A DNA stretch of 64,000 nucleotides from an archaeon (GCA_018657525.1 JABHWZ010000004.1:26245-90244), one strand, 5' to 3'. Shown: positions 19,370-29,691, numbered from the stretch's first letter. Notes: generated by a model from the sequence alone, not told the origin. Program-made: numbers and translations.

Positions 19370-19604
19370 GCATATCTAATAAAAAATTTAGTTTATAAAT
19401 GTTTCGATGTGCAACAAAATCTTTTTTCAAATAAATTTTTATCGTCGAGGATTTATATTTTTCCCTCGGCATTTAAAATATTTTCCATTGATTCCTTGAT
19501 AAGATTTTTATTTTTTGCCAAAAATCTAGAAGATTTTTGCAGTAGTAACTTAAAAGTGACTATTAAATAGAAACCTTTAAAAAGTAAAATTATTAGAATT
19601 AAAT

Positions 19605-20894
19605 ATGGACGGAGATAAATATAGAATAGTGATGGGGATTTATGATCGTGGTGTAGCTTTTGCATTAAAAAACGGGTTAAATTCTCATTTTAGAAAAAGG
19701 CAGATTGCCTCACAAGTTGAATTAGGTGAAACAACTACAAGTAGAGCAGTAATGACTTTAACACTTCCTCCTGGAACAGAGCTTTGTAAGAACGGATTTG
19801 ATAAATTAGTTGGTGAAAGTAAATGGTTTCCTTCGGATCTAAAAAAACGTCCCAGAAATATTCAAATAACAAAGCTTGAAGGTGCTCAAGAACCAGTTCC
19901 AGTAGAATCTACCCCTGATTATTCTAATCATCCAGAGGCAATTGCTCAGATGCAAGCAGGTTACGAGAAAAAATTAGTAGCATCAGAAAGAAGAGAATTA
20001 GACGCTTTTGAGAAAATATGCGAACTTGAGGTTAAATTAGAATCAAAACCCGCTGCTTTAGAAAAAGAAGTTATCGTCAAAAAACCAGCAATAATCACTT
20101 CCCCTCTACAAGGATTTTATTCTTTTATGAGAACATTAAAAGATGGTTGTGACTTCGCTGCAGCAGATTATGATGTTTTAAGATTTGCCGAGGGAATAGG
20201 ATTCTCAGGAACTGAAAAAAGATCGGAGTTAGTCGGAAGAATACTCGGAGTAGATTTCAAAGATGATACCGTTCAAGTTCATTTAGAAAGATTAAGACAG
20301 CAAGGTCAATCAATCAACAAAACATATCTGGATAAAGTCCAAAAAGAACTTAAAGAAAGAGAAGCACAAATTGATTTGTATGGAAAACAAAAAACTTCTG
20401 GAGTTGGAGATGAATTATTGGATGTTTTAAAAACTTACTCTGAAACAGCAAGTAAAAGAATTGGAGAATTAAATACTGAACTTGAAAATAAAAAAAGGGT
20501 AGTTGCAGAAGCAAAAGCAATTCTGCCTAGAGTAGAGGGCGTCTTAGAAAATTATGATCAAATGGTAGAAACAGCATCTAACGTTTCTAAAAGAAGTGAC
20601 ATAACAATTCAATTTCCTGTTTTAATTAACGGGTTTGAAAACCAAAATTTATTTATAACTTTGTTAAAAGCAGGGTATCAAAATTTTAATGATAGAGTAG
20701 CTGGCTTCCTGGGAGAAAAAGGTTTCGCTCCAATGGAGCCTATAGCAGAAGATTTTCTATCTTTCACAGGTTACTTAGACAAAAGAAAAACTCCGCCAAA
20801 AGTAGTGCAGTACTTTAATGAATTATTTTCTCAAGAATACTCTCCAACTGCAAGAGTCGGGTTAACTCCTAGAACAATGGCTTTCCATTGGTGA
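19605..20894 (+). CDS. hypothetical protein (429 aa) with coiled-coil segments, inserted between fusA and tuf on the opposite strand
   Basis: long ORF; no recognised domain. Confidence 0.5.
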   Translation: MDGDKYRIVMGIYDRGVAFALKNGLNSHFRKRQIASQVELGETTTSRAVMTLTLPPGTELCKNGFDKLVGESKWFPSDLKKRPRNIQITKLEGAQEPVPVESTPDYSNHPEAIAQMQAGYEKKLVASERRELDAFEKICELEVKLESKPAALEKEVIVKKPAIITSPLQGFYSFMRTLKDGCDFAAADYDVLRFAEGIGFSGTEKRSELVGRILGVDFKDDTVQVHLERLRQQGQSINKTYLDKVQKELKEREAQIDLYGKQKTSGVGDELLDVLKTYSETASKRIGELNTELENKKRVVAEAKAILPRVEGVLENYDQMVETASNVSKRSDITIQFPVLINGFENQNLFITLLKAGYQNFNDRVAGFLGEKGFAPMEPIAEDFLSFTGYLDKRKTPPKVVQYFNELFSQEYSPTARVGLTPRTMAFHW

Positions 20895-20961
20895 TCTAAA
20901 ATATTCTCAAAATGGTTGGTCAAGCCAAGTTTGTTTCATTTTATTTTCTCCAATAAATAAT

Positions 20962-21267
20962 TTATTCTGATTGCTCAAAAAAGCTTTTCATTCTATTAGC
21001 AAAATATTCTGAAGGCCTATTTACTTCAGTTTTCATAAGCTCCTCAACGTCTTCTTGTCTTTTTTCTCCAATATCTTCAACTCTGTACTCTTCAGATTTT
21101 AGGTGCGCTTCTAATTCAGAAACACGAGCTTGAGGTATTCTAAAGATATTCTCTGGCTGACATGGCGCGCTAACAAATCCTGCTTTTTCGTCTCCTTTTT
21201 CCAATAAGAAAAAGTCTTGAGGTGAAACCCATCTATGATACGCTCTCGCATAATTTTTTTCTGTCAT
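20962..21267 (-). CDS. small hypothetical protein (101 aa)
   Basis: ORF only. Confidence 0.4.
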   Translation of the reverse strand: MTEKNYARAYHRWVSPQDFFLLEKGDEKAGFVSAPCQPENIFRIPQARVSELEAHLKSEEYRVEDIGEKRQEDVEELMKTEVNRPSEYFANRMKSFFEQSE

Positions 21268-21391
21268 GTTATTTTTCTCCGATTTAATTTTAGAATTCTA
21301 TCGCGATTCTATACGATCACCTTATATTTTAAAGAAATATTTAATTTAAAAATCTATTGGTTACTAACTTGTTTTTAAAAAAAGAACCCCA

Positions 21392-21473
21392 TTATTGATT
21401 CTCTGATAACCCTTCCGAAGGTTTTTGCAGAGCATAATCTTCGCAAAGGTTTATTGATTTTCTGATAAACCTT
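21392..21473. repeat. 23-bp imperfect direct repeat (2 mismatches) duplicating the last codons and stop of fusA
   Basis: ttattgattctctgataaccctt (21392-21414) and ttattgattttctgataaacctt (21451-21473); the second copy encodes ...GLSENQ plus stop of EF-2. Confidence 0.7.
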
Positions 21474-23610
21474 TTCTCTCTCTAATCTTCTTAACAATAT
21501 CGTCTTGCATCGCTGGAGGAATCGTCTCAAATAACTGGTCCATTAAACTTGAAATTCCTCGACCCTCTGTCGCTGAACGTAAATCACTTGACCATCCCAT
21601 CATTTCTCCAACTGGAAGTTTAGATTTCATTTCTGCTGTTCCAGAATCTTGTTCAACATTAATCATTTGCCCTCTCTTACTTCCAACTAATTTTGTAACA
21701 GGTCCTAAAAATTCTTCAGGCATTTCAATTAAGTGAATCTGTAATGGTTCTAATAAACTAGGCTTTGCAGTTTTCATCGCTTCTGTGATACCTTCCCTAA
21801 CTGCCGGGTAAACTTGTGCAGGGCCACGATGAATTGCATCCTCATGAAGTTTAATATCCATTAACGAAACTTTCATCCTCGAGCACGGCTCTCTTGCTAA
21901 CGGACCTTGATCAATAACCATTTCAAAAGCATCCAAAATCATTTCAATAACTTCTTGCATGTGAACTTCTCCTTTTGTTGCATCCAAGAAAACATTGCCC
22001 TTGTAAACATCTCTTAAATTTCTAACAGTATTATTTTCCCAACTCAAATCCGCAAAAGTTTCTAAAAGTTCCTTCCCTGATTTTTTCTTTATTCTACCTT
22101 CAAAAATGTCCCCTTTCTGAATCGCCTTGGCAACATCTTCTTCTAATGGTTCAATTCTAATAAAAAAACTATTATGTTTATTCGGAGATCGACCTTCCAT
22201 TGTCTCTGATTCTTTGCCAACTGTTTCTCTATAAACAATAATCGGCGGGGAGGTTTTAACTTCTAATCCTTTTTCTGTTTTAATTCTATTCTCAATAATT
22301 TCTAAATGTAATTCCCCCATACCACTCATTAAAGATTCTCCTGTCTGATCATTAATTTCGATTTTCAAAGATGGATCTTCTTTACCAACCTGTCTTAAAA
22401 CTTCAACCAGCCTTGGTAAATCTGCTGCCTTGGTTGCCTCAATTGATTTTGTAACAACCGGATCAAATAAGTGAGTAATAGCTTCGAATGGTTCCATTTC
22501 ATCTTGGCTGACTGTCTCTCCCGCAACAACATCTCTCAATCCAACAATCCCAACGATATTTCCTGCTGAAACTTCTGGAACAATAATTCTCTGAGAACCC
22601 TTGTAAACTGAAACTTGTTGAACAGTAACATTTTTCTTTGCTGTACTCATGTAAAGCGAATCACCTTGTTTAATCTTTCCTGAAAATAATCTCCCTGCTG
22701 CAACTTCTCCTGCATGTTTATCAATAACAATCTTTGTAGGCACAAATACTGGAGTTCCGTTTGCATTACATTCAATCAAATTTTTTCCTAACTCTGATTC
22801 TTTATCTCCGTGCCAAATTTTGGGAATCCTATACGCCTGAGCTTGAACTGGATTTGGATGCTGTTTAATACTCATGTTTAAAACAACTTCATGTAGCGGT
22901 GCCTTTTTTGCTAGCTCTTTCCAGGTATCATTTTCATATGCATCAATAACTTCCTTGAAAGTAATTCCATGTTCTTTCATATAAGGAAAACTCAACGCCC
23001 AATTATGAAATGCAGAACCAAATGCAACTGTTCCCTCTGCAACTCCCACCTTCCATTTTTCTTTATAACCTTCCGGTGCAATCTGCTCGATTAATCTATT
23101 GATATGTTCAATAATTTTAACAAATTTTTCTTGCATAGCTTCTGGAGTCAATTTAACTTCTTTGATTAATCTATCAACTTTATTAATAAATAAAACCGGT
23201 TTAACCAATTCTTTTAATGCCTGTCTTAATACTGTTTCAGTTTGTGGCATAACTCCTTCAACAGCACAACTTAAAACAACACAACCATCAACTGCTCTCA
23301 TGGCTCTTGTAACGTCGCCACCAAAGTCAACATGTCCCGGCGTGTCAATTAAATTAATTAAAAATTCTCCACCTGCTTCTGGAAGATCATGAACCATTGA
23401 TACCGACGCTGAATCAATTGTAATTCCTCTTTCTGATTCATCTTCATGGAAATCCAAAGCTCTTTGTTTACCTGCTGTTTCTGCAGAAAGCATTCCTGCC
23501 CCCGCCAATAAATTATCTGAAAAAGTAGTTTTCCCGTGGTCAATATGCGCGGCAATCGCTATGTTTCGAATCTTCTCCTGTTGCTTCATTAAATCTTTTA
23601 TTTCTGTCAT
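21451..23610 (-). CDS. fusA: translation elongation factor 2 (aEF-2)
   Basis: AHIDHGKTT, DTPGH and NKVD GTPase motifs; diphthamide-region EDAIHRGPAQ; 719 aa. Confidence 0.95.
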   Translation of the reverse strand: MTEIKDLMKQQEKIRNIAIAAHIDHGKTTFSDNLLAGAGMLSAETAGKQRALDFHEDESERGITIDSASVSMVHDLPEAGGEFLINLIDTPGHVDFGGDVTRAMRAVDGCVVLSCAVEGVMPQTETVLRQALKELVKPVLFINKVDRLIKEVKLTPEAMQEKFVKIIEHINRLIEQIAPEGYKEKWKVGVAEGTVAFGSAFHNWALSFPYMKEHGITFKEVIDAYENDTWKELAKKAPLHEVVLNMSIKQHPNPVQAQAYRIPKIWHGDKESELGKNLIECNANGTPVFVPTKIVIDKHAGEVAAGRLFSGKIKQGDSLYMSTAKKNVTVQQVSVYKGSQRIIVPEVSAGNIVGIVGLRDVVAGETVSQDEMEPFEAITHLFDPVVTKSIEATKAADLPRLVEVLRQVGKEDPSLKIEINDQTGESLMSGMGELHLEIIENRIKTEKGLEVKTSPPIIVYRETVGKESETMEGRSPNKHNSFFIRIEPLEEDVAKAIQKGDIFEGRIKKKSGKELLETFADLSWENNTVRNLRDVYKGNVFLDATKGEVHMQEVIEMILDAFEMVIDQGPLAREPCSRMKVSLMDIKLHEDAIHRGPAQVYPAVREGITEAMKTAKPSLLEPLQIHLIEMPEEFLGPVTKLVGSKRGQMINVEQDSGTAEMKSKLPVGEMMGWSSDLRSATEGRGISSLMDQLFETIPPAMQDDIVKKIRERKGLSENQ

Positions 23611-23677
23611 CTTAATCTTTAAGAATAATAATTCTTCGGAAAATTAGTTTAAAAGGTTGTTGGTTTAGAGAAATTTA

Positions 23678-24034
23678 TTATTCCAATAAATCTTCAGGGG
23701 TTATTCCTTTACGTGCAAGGTCTTTTTTTTCTTGGGCAATTCTATCCTTGCGACGAGGAGATTTTCTACAAAATTCTGAATATTGAGAATTAAGATTCAA
23801 TTCTCCACGACTCTTATCTAAATGCGCTAAAAATTCTTTCGACATTGGAAACTCTCCCTGATAATCCCAAAGATTAATAGATTCGTCTCCCCCATAAGCC
23901 CTTGATTCACATCCCTCACATTCATAAAGAGTAGTTTGTGCATATTGTGTTCGACTATCAAATGAGTTTGTTTTAAAAATGGATTTCATTTCTCTTCCGC
24001 AATCACATTCAATTTTTGTAACTCGTTTTGCCAT
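23678..24034 (-). CDS. zinc-ribbon-containing hypothetical protein
   Basis: CDCGRE ... CEGCES cysteine pairs; basic C-terminus. Confidence 0.45.
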   Translation of the reverse strand: MAKRVTKIECDCGREMKSIFKTNSFDSRTQYAQTTLYECEGCESRAYGGDESINLWDYQGEFPMSKEFLAHLDKSRGELNLNSQYSEFCRKSPRRKDRIAQEKKDLARKGITPEDLLE

Positions 24035-24080
24035 ATTAAATTAGATTACCTCTTCTTTTTAAAGATTATTATTCTGTACT

Positions 24081-24428
24081 TCAATCCTGATCAAACTCTC
24101 CTTTTAAAACTCTTTGAATTTGTTCTGAATATTCTTGATAATTTTCACCAATTGATTCTTGAGAAACCATTTCAATTTGAATAAGTTCTTCCTCAGTTAA
24201 ATAATTAATTTTTAGCATTCTAACTCGATTACTTTGAGAAACATCTAACACTTTTAGATAATCTTCATCGACAAAAGTATGAATTACAATTGAAGCATGA
24301 TAGTCTGGACGACCTCCTATTCCACAAGCTCCCTGCTCATAAACAAGATCCCCTCTCTTAATTGATTCTAATCTTTCTCTTTCTGCAAAATATTTTTTCC
24401 GTATTGCATCAAATTCTGATTTTTTCAT
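24081..24428 (-). CDS. hypothetical protein (115 aa)
   Basis: ORF only. Confidence 0.4.
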   Translation of the reverse strand: MKKSEFDAIRKKYFAERERLESIKRGDLVYEQGACGIGGRPDYHASIVIHTFVDEDYLKVLDVSQSNRVRMLKINYLTEEELIQIEMVSQESIGENYQEYSEQIQRVLKGEFDQD

Positions 24429-24435
24429 TTTAGAA

Positions 24436-24693
24436 TTATTTCAATTTAGGATGAGTCAATCTCAACTCTTGAACTTTTTTATATGCTATGTCTCTTTCTT
24501 GACTTAATTCAATTTCTGTTTCATTCATTTTACGTGGATCTAATTTTCCAACTTTCCTGTCAAGTTCAGCATAATTCTTTAATGAAGAAGTATATTCAGA
24601 AAAAATACCCTTTTCATAACTATCTTGAGAACAGACACAACCAGTTAAAGTCGCTAAGCCTAAAACCGCTACAACTAATTTTCCTTTTGTCAT
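24436..24693 (-). CDS. small putative lipoprotein or secreted protein
   Basis: N-terminus MTKGKLVVAVLGLATLTGCVCS resembles a signal peptide with a lipobox-like Cys. Confidence 0.4.
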   Translation of the reverse strand: MTKGKLVVAVLGLATLTGCVCSQDSYEKGIFSEYTSSLKNYAELDRKVGKLDPRKMNETEIELSQERDIAYKKVQELRLTHPKLK

Positions 24694-24746
24694 GAAATTT
24701 AAATAAAAAATTACTTTAAAAGAATTATTATCCTCTATCCGTATAA

Positions 24747-25091
24747 TTATCTTACTATTTTCCTAATTTGCTCCTCTGTTCTTGAAAAAAATAAAACCTC
24801 TTCCATATTTCCATCCGTGCGATAATTGTAGTATCCTGCTAAAACTTTATCCGTGAATATGAATTCTCCAATATAGTCATCACTTTCAGAATTTATTCCA
24901 TGTCTTGAAGATAAATTTCTTAAATGAATCTCAAAATTGCCTTGCTCCATTAAATCCTGATATTGAGATTCCCCAATTTCATCTTTAATTACAGAATTAA
25001 CATCCTCACAAAGATCTGCCCATCTCTCTTCTAATTTAAGAATTTCATCTCCGCCAGTTGTGTCGTGAATTGGTTCTGGAATTTTTATCAT
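24747..25091 (-). CDS. hypothetical protein (114 aa)
   Basis: ORF only. Confidence 0.4.
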   Translation of the reverse strand: MIKIPEPIHDTTGGDEILKLEERWADLCEDVNSVIKDEIGESQYQDLMEQGNFEIHLRNLSSRHGINSESDDYIGEFIFTDKVLAGYYNYRTDGNMEEVLFFSRTEEQIRKIVR

Positions 25092-25120
25092 TTAAATTTA
25101 GAATAAAAAATTATTTAAAA

Positions 25121-25786
25121 TTACCTCGCAGAATCAGCCTGAGATTCTGCTTCCTTTTTCTTTCGCACTGAGAAGCTTTCCCCATTATCATCTGCAGCCA
25201 TCATAATTTCTTCAGCTAATGCTTGAAAAAGTTTTTTCTTTTTTCCGAAAGCTTTATCTGATGCTCCTTGAACTATGTGCTTTAAAACAATATTAACTCT
25301 TCTCAATGGAGAAACATCAACAGCTTGAGGATATCTTGCCCCACCATATTCAATTACTGTGATTTCATCTCGCGGCGCCCCATTTTCAAGTGCCTTAATT
25401 AAAACTGCCACTGGGTTTTGTTGCTTCTTTTTTTCAATTAGTTCAAATGCTTTCAAAACTATTTTCATATTTTTATTATATTTTCCAGACGCATCGCCTT
25501 TCTCTATTTTATGTTTTTTACCTCGGTGTCCAGCATTAGAAAGTTTATTCATTAGTCTTTCAACAATATGAACTTTTACTTGACCAAGTTTTGTAACATT
25601 TCTTCCATGACTTTTAACAATTAATTTTGGAGATAAATTGATCACATTAACTAATCCTGGATCTCCAATCTTAATTTCAGAAAGATCGTATTTATCAAAA
25701 ATTTTAAATTGCGGAACTGAAACCCCTGCTTTTCCAGTTACTTCAGCTTCGTTAATATTCGCATTTTCTTGAATTTGTTCTTCCAT
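25121..25786 (-). CDS. rps7: ribosomal protein S7
   Basis: segments VHIVERLMNKL...GKK, KAFELI and IKALENGAPRDEIT match archaeal S7/uS7; the annotated 235-aa ORF is probably N-terminally over-extended, likely start at MEEQIQ. Confidence 0.85.
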   Translation of the reverse strand: MEEQIQENANINEAEVTGKAGVSVPQFKIFDKYDLSEIKIGDPGLVNVINLSPKLIVKSHGRNVTKLGQVKVHIVERLMNKLSNAGHRGKKHKIEKGDASGKYNKNMKIVLKAFELIEKKKQQNPVAVLIKALENGAPRDEITVIEYGGARYPQAVDVSPLRRVNIVLKHIVQGASDKAFGKKKKLFQALAEEIMMAADDNGESFSVRKKKEAESQADSAR

Positions 25787-25787
25787 T

Positions 25788-26117
25788 TTAATCTGATCCT
25801 CCAAATACATTAGATAATAATGATCCATCTTTTGAACGCATTAAATGAACCTCAAAATCTTCAATAGTTATTTCTTCAATATCCTCAACCTCTGCTTTTG
25901 AGAATCGTCTAAACTTATTATCTCTTCCAAGAAAATAATAGCCTACTCCTGGATCTTCTTCAACCTCTGCTGGATTTATATGATCAAAATCGTTAATTAT
26001 CCTTTTAATATCCCCTGGCTTACCATAACCTATAGTTCCATCCATAGATTCTCCTTCAGAATCAAAAAATAAAATTCCTTGTCCCAAAACATCTTCTAAT
26101 CTAATTTGTTCTTCCAT
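25788..26117 (-). CDS. small acidic hypothetical protein inserted between rps12 and rps7
   Basis: 109-aa ORF flush against the S12 gene and overlapping the S7 start region; no recognised family. Confidence 0.45.
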   Translation of the reverse strand: MEEQIRLEDVLGQGILFFDSEGESMDGTIGYGKPGDIKRIINDFDHINPAEVEEDPGVGYYFLGRDNKFRRFSKAEVEDIEEITIEDFEVHLMRSKDGSLLSNVFGGSD

Positions 26118-26561
26118 TTAACGTCTTCCCTTCTCAACCTTTCCGCTCCATAATCTATGAAGTGGTTGATCATTTACTTTTAGAACTTTATATCTCACAC
26201 CCGGAATATCTCCCTTCGAACGTCCCTGTTTTCCACCGATTCTTTCAATCATAACTTCGTCATGTTCATCAATAAATTTTTGCGCCAAGTTTCCAGGAAT
26301 AAATGCAGTTACTTGTCTCCCATTTTTAGTCAATTGAACTTTACAACATTTTCTCAAAGCCGAGTTCGGCTGCTTTGCTTCTTTTTGAACTTTCGACAAA
26401 ACAATACCTTTTGCCTGATTAGCACCTTCTAACGGATCTGACTTTGCATAAAGATTTAAAGTTCTAACTTTAAATTTTCTACTTTTCCATCGGAATTTCT
26501 TCCGGTCTTTCATTTTTTTCTGTGCTGATTTTAATCCCATTTTACTAATATAAACTAACAA
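26118..26561 (-). CDS. rps12: ribosomal protein S12 (uS12)
   Basis: conserved segments [13 protein letters not shown] and [18 protein letters not shown]. Confidence 0.9.
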   Translation of the reverse strand: MLVYISKMGLKSAQKKMKDRKKFRWKSRKFKVRTLNLYAKSDPLEGANQAKGIVLSKVQKEAKQPNSALRKCCKVQLTKNGRQVTAFIPGNLAQKFIDEHDEVMIERIGGKQGRSKGDIPGVRYKVLKVNDQPLHRLWSGKVEKGRR

Positions 26562-26583
26562 TTAATTTGCTTTATAAAGCTTA

Positions 26584-27000
26584 TTATTGAATCCGAAATT
26601 CTTTGCCAAAGAAATCTTTGATTATTTTTTGCATTTCTAAAAGCCGTCTTTTGTTTCTACCAATCAACGCTGCCTTGCTTTGACTTCCAGCAGTTAGAAT
26701 AATTTCATCTCCTTTAACTTCAATCTCCTTAAACTCAATCGGTTTTACAATAGCTGCAACAAACTTTTTCAAATCTGCAATGCCCTCGGGTTGAGGAATT
26801 ATTTTAATTCTCTTTTTTAAAACTTGACTTATTCTTTTAACATTTTGTGCATCTCTTCCAACAGCCATTTTTACAAATTGTCTTGGAACACAAAATAAAA
26901 CTTGATTATTATATGGAAAGCAAAATCGAGTTCTAACTCGAGTGACTTTTTCAAATAAATTCAATTGTCTCAAATCCTGCATATTTAATGTTTGTATCAT
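26584..27000 (-). CDS. nusA: archaeal NusA-like KH-domain transcription factor
   Basis: about 140 aa with two KH-like modules (VGRDAQNVKRI, GRNKRRL); located upstream of S12 as in canonical archaeal clusters. Confidence 0.75.
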   Translation of the reverse strand: MIQTLNMQDLRQLNLFEKVTRVRTRFCFPYNNQVLFCVPRQFVKMAVGRDAQNVKRISQVLKKRIKIIPQPEGIADLKKFVAAIVKPIEFKEIEVKGDEIILTAGSQSKAALIGRNKRRLLEMQKIIKDFFGKEFRIQ

Positions 27001-27122
27001 TATTTTTCTCTCTCCAATAGTGCTGCTTTGAAAAATCTTTGATTAATTTTTAATCCCCTTATTTTCCGAAGAGTAATCTAATTTGCTTAAAATTGTTTGT
27101 CTTATAAATCTTTTGGATTAGT

Positions 27123-27941
27123 TTAATGTTTGACTATTTCTCTTACTTTGAGTTTATATTTCTTTTCTAACATTCTAACTTCCTCCTCAATTTGTTTAAA
27201 ATATTCTTCAGGATTATTAATAGCAAATTCAAAATCTTTAATTTTATCTGGAAAATTTTCTTTGATAAATGGATAAAATCTTTTCATTACTGATTTTCTA
27301 GTATTTAGAACTTCAACCCAAACATATTCACAAAAACTTAATTCCCTGAATAATTTTTCTAAATTAGTTATCCCGGGAAGTATCGGAGAAATAAATCCAT
27401 AAACTTTAATTCCATTTTCTTTGGCTTCTTTTAAAACTTTGATTCTTTCTCGAGGAGAACTTGCCAACGGTTCGATTTTTCTAGCCACATTTTCATCCAA
27501 AGTATTTAACGAACAACCAACTTCAACATTTAACTTTTTCAACAAATCAAAATCCCTTTTTATTAATGCGGATTTTGTAAGAATTTCAATTGTAAATTTA
27601 TCTTTAAAATCAGACTCAGAAATTATTTCTAAAACTTTTCTTGTAAGTTTGTATTTTGCTTCAACAGGCATATAACAATCACAAACACTTGCTAACCAAA
27701 TGTTTCCAGGCTTTTTCTTTTCTAATTCTTTCGGAAGAAGATCAGGACAATTTACTTTTGCAAAAACAAATTCTCCCCAAGCATCTGGAATTTTTTGGAA
27801 CCTTCGAATAAAATCCGCATAACAATATTTGCATCCATGCTGGCAACCAGTATACGGATTAATTACGTAGTCTGTTAACTTACTTATAGTCATACAACTT
27901 TTACATTGGATTTCTTTGATTTTCATAATCTTAAGTCGCAA
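27123..27941 (-). CDS. radical SAM protein, spore-photoproduct-lyase (SplB)-like DNA repair family
   Basis: INPYTGCQHGCKYCYA gives the C-x3-C-x2-C radical-SAM triad in the NPY.GC.H.C.YCYA context typical of SplB-like proteins. Confidence 0.65.
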   Translation of the reverse strand: MRLKIMKIKEIQCKSCMTISKLTDYVINPYTGCQHGCKYCYADFIRRFQKIPDAWGEFVFAKVNCPDLLPKELEKKKPGNIWLASVCDCYMPVEAKYKLTRKVLEIISESDFKDKFTIEILTKSALIKRDFDLLKKLNVEVGCSLNTLDENVARKIEPLASSPRERIKVLKEAKENGIKVYGFISPILPGITNLEKLFRELSFCEYVWVEVLNTRKSVMKRFYPFIKENFPDKIKDFEFAINNPEEYFKQIEEEVRMLEKKYKLKVREIVKH

Positions 27942-27971
27942 AAGAGGTTTATAAATTTAAGAAAATATTTT

Positions 27972-28223
27972 TTAGATAGAATTTTTGATTTTTATTCTAC
28001 AATCTAAATAGTCCCTCGAACATTTTCCATTAAATGTTGCTTCATCCTTTGCACTCTCACATTGATATGCCCAAGGACAGATTGTGGCTTCCCAACCAAT
28101 CGTTTGATTAGGTTCACCCATTTCGTAGATATATTCTAAAAAACTTTCTCTATCTAAGCAAATTTCATCTTCTTCATCTAACCATTTCTTTCTATAATCA
28201 TTTTCATTAGAATCTAATCCCAT
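27972..28223 (-). CDS. small Cys-rich hypothetical protein
   Basis: 83-aa ORF containing seven cysteines. Confidence 0.35.
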   Translation of the reverse strand: MGLDSNENDYRKKWLDEEDEICLDRESFLEYIYEMGEPNQTIGWEATICPWAYQCESAKDEATFNGKCSRDYLDCRIKIKNSI

Positions 28224-28261
28224 ATTTGAACAAAATAAAATTCATTTAAAAAACTTTAGAA

Positions 28262-28507
28262 TTATTTATTCATCCAAATCTTTTTAAAAAAAGGTAAAGT
28301 CAAAGTTGATAAAATAAACGCCAGCGACGGAACAATAGAATTAATAAATGGTTTTGGAAGTCCAGCAGAATAAAAGAAAATTACAATAACTGCGTAAGTC
28401 AAAACTGAAATCGAGATTCTTCTTGTCCAACTTGTTTCCCATGCCTTGTCTAATTCCACTCGTTTGTTTCTTTCTTGAATTTTTTTGATTGATTTTTCAA
28501 TACTCAT
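28262..28507 (-). CDS. small membrane protein (2 TM)
   Basis: two hydrophobic helices. Confidence 0.35.
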   Translation of the reverse strand: MSIEKSIKKIQERNKRVELDKAWETSWTRRISISVLTYAVIVIFFYSAGLPKPFINSIVPSLAFILSTLTLPFFKKIWMNK

Positions 28508-28531
28508 AATTAAAATAAAGAATGCAATTAT

Positions 28532-29083
28532 TTAAGGATTTTGGTTTGCATCAATTTCAAGTATTCTGTTTTTTAAATATCTCCAATTATAATAAGTCAG
28601 GTGTGGATTTAATGTTTTTGTTTCATCTGTCCCACAAATTTTATCCTCATCTTGATTGTATCCATAAATCGCAGGCATATCCTTCAGAGATCCTGTAACA
28701 TGGATTCTTGAGTTTCTTATTTTAATAACTTCCCCTTCCAATTTAGCCAAATCCCCTCCTGCCCGAGTATAAAGTCCTACAATCGGAACTTCTTTCTTAC
28801 ATGCTTCTACTGCGAGATTAATTGCTATCCTAGGACGATGAGAATAAAGTCCTTGTCCATATCCATATTCAATCAAAGCCATATCAAATTTATCTGGAAA
28901 TTCTTCTTGAGAGGGCATCTCTCTTGAAATCCCTTCCCAAAAAAATAATTCATCATCCCCCAACAATTGCGTGGCAAGAATATTATCCCACCCAGTAAGT
29001 TTCTTGGCATATAGACCCTTTGGAACATCTTGCTTCCACATTCTTTCATCACTAATTAATATTTTCATAATTATCTTTATCAA
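28532..29083 (-). CDS. hypothetical protein (183 aa)
   Basis: ORF only. Confidence 0.45.
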   Translation of the reverse strand: MIKIIMKILISDERMWKQDVPKGLYAKKLTGWDNILATQLLGDDELFFWEGISREMPSQEEFPDKFDMALIEYGYGQGLYSHRPRIAINLAVEACKKEVPIVGLYTRAGGDLAKLEGEVIKIRNSRIHVTGSLKDMPAIYGYNQDEDKICGTDETKTLNPHLTYYNWRYLKNRILEIDANQNP

Positions 29084-29148
29084 TTTATATTTAAAAGGAT
29101 TACCGAAGAGAAATATAGATTTGTAATTTTTTAACTTAAAAGTAATCC

Positions 29149-29691
29149 TTAAACTAACGCGTCAATAAAATCCGACTTAGTTACAACCCCCACAAATTTG
29201 CCCCTCTTCTCTACCAAAACTATTGGATAAAATTTTAACAATTGTTTTATAACACTCATTTCTGTTTTATGATTAATTATTGGGGGAGGATTCTCCATTA
29301 TCTCTTCAGCACTCAACTCTTTGATTTCTTCGATATCTCTCGACAAAATCGAAAATTCAGAAACTAATCCAATTATTTTATTTTTCTTAATTACCGGAAT
29401 TTGGGAAATACCATGTTTGTTCATTAATTTTATTATTTCTTTAACTTTCTCAATTGGATTAATAGAAATCATTTTTTTATTCATAATTTCAATAGCAGTT
29501 TTCTCGTGACTTTTTGTTAAATTTTCCAAAGCATTTTCTATTAGCTTCACCTTAGAATATGTTGGATCTAATCTTCCAGCTTCGATTTTAGCAATCATAC
29601 TCTGACTAATCCCCGCTTCTTTTGCAAACTGAAATTGAGTCAAACCAATTTGTTTTCTAATTTTCTTTAGTTGAGTTATATCAAACACCAT
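29149..29691 (-). CDS. XRE-family helix-turn-helix transcriptional regulator fused to a CBS-domain pair
   Basis: N-terminal HTH LTQFQFAKEAGISQSMIAKIEAG; two CBS-like modules (GISQIPVIKKNKIIGLV and IVLVEKRGKFVGVVTKSD). Confidence 0.75.
   Translation of the reverse strand: MVFDITQLKKIRKQIGLTQFQFAKEAGISQSMIAKIEAGRLDPTYSKVKLIENALENLTKSHEKTAIEIMNKKMISINPIEKVKEIIKLMNKHGISQIPVIKKNKIIGLVSEFSILSRDIEEIKELSAEEIMENPPPIINHKTEMSVIKQLLKFYPIVLVEKRGKFVGVVTKSDFIDALV

Noticed and set aside
26610-27056. 13-nt match aaatctttgatta between the nusA 3' coding end and its upstream region
   Set aside because: Exact 13-mers are expected many times by chance in 64 kb of this AT-biased composition; too short to support a repeat call.
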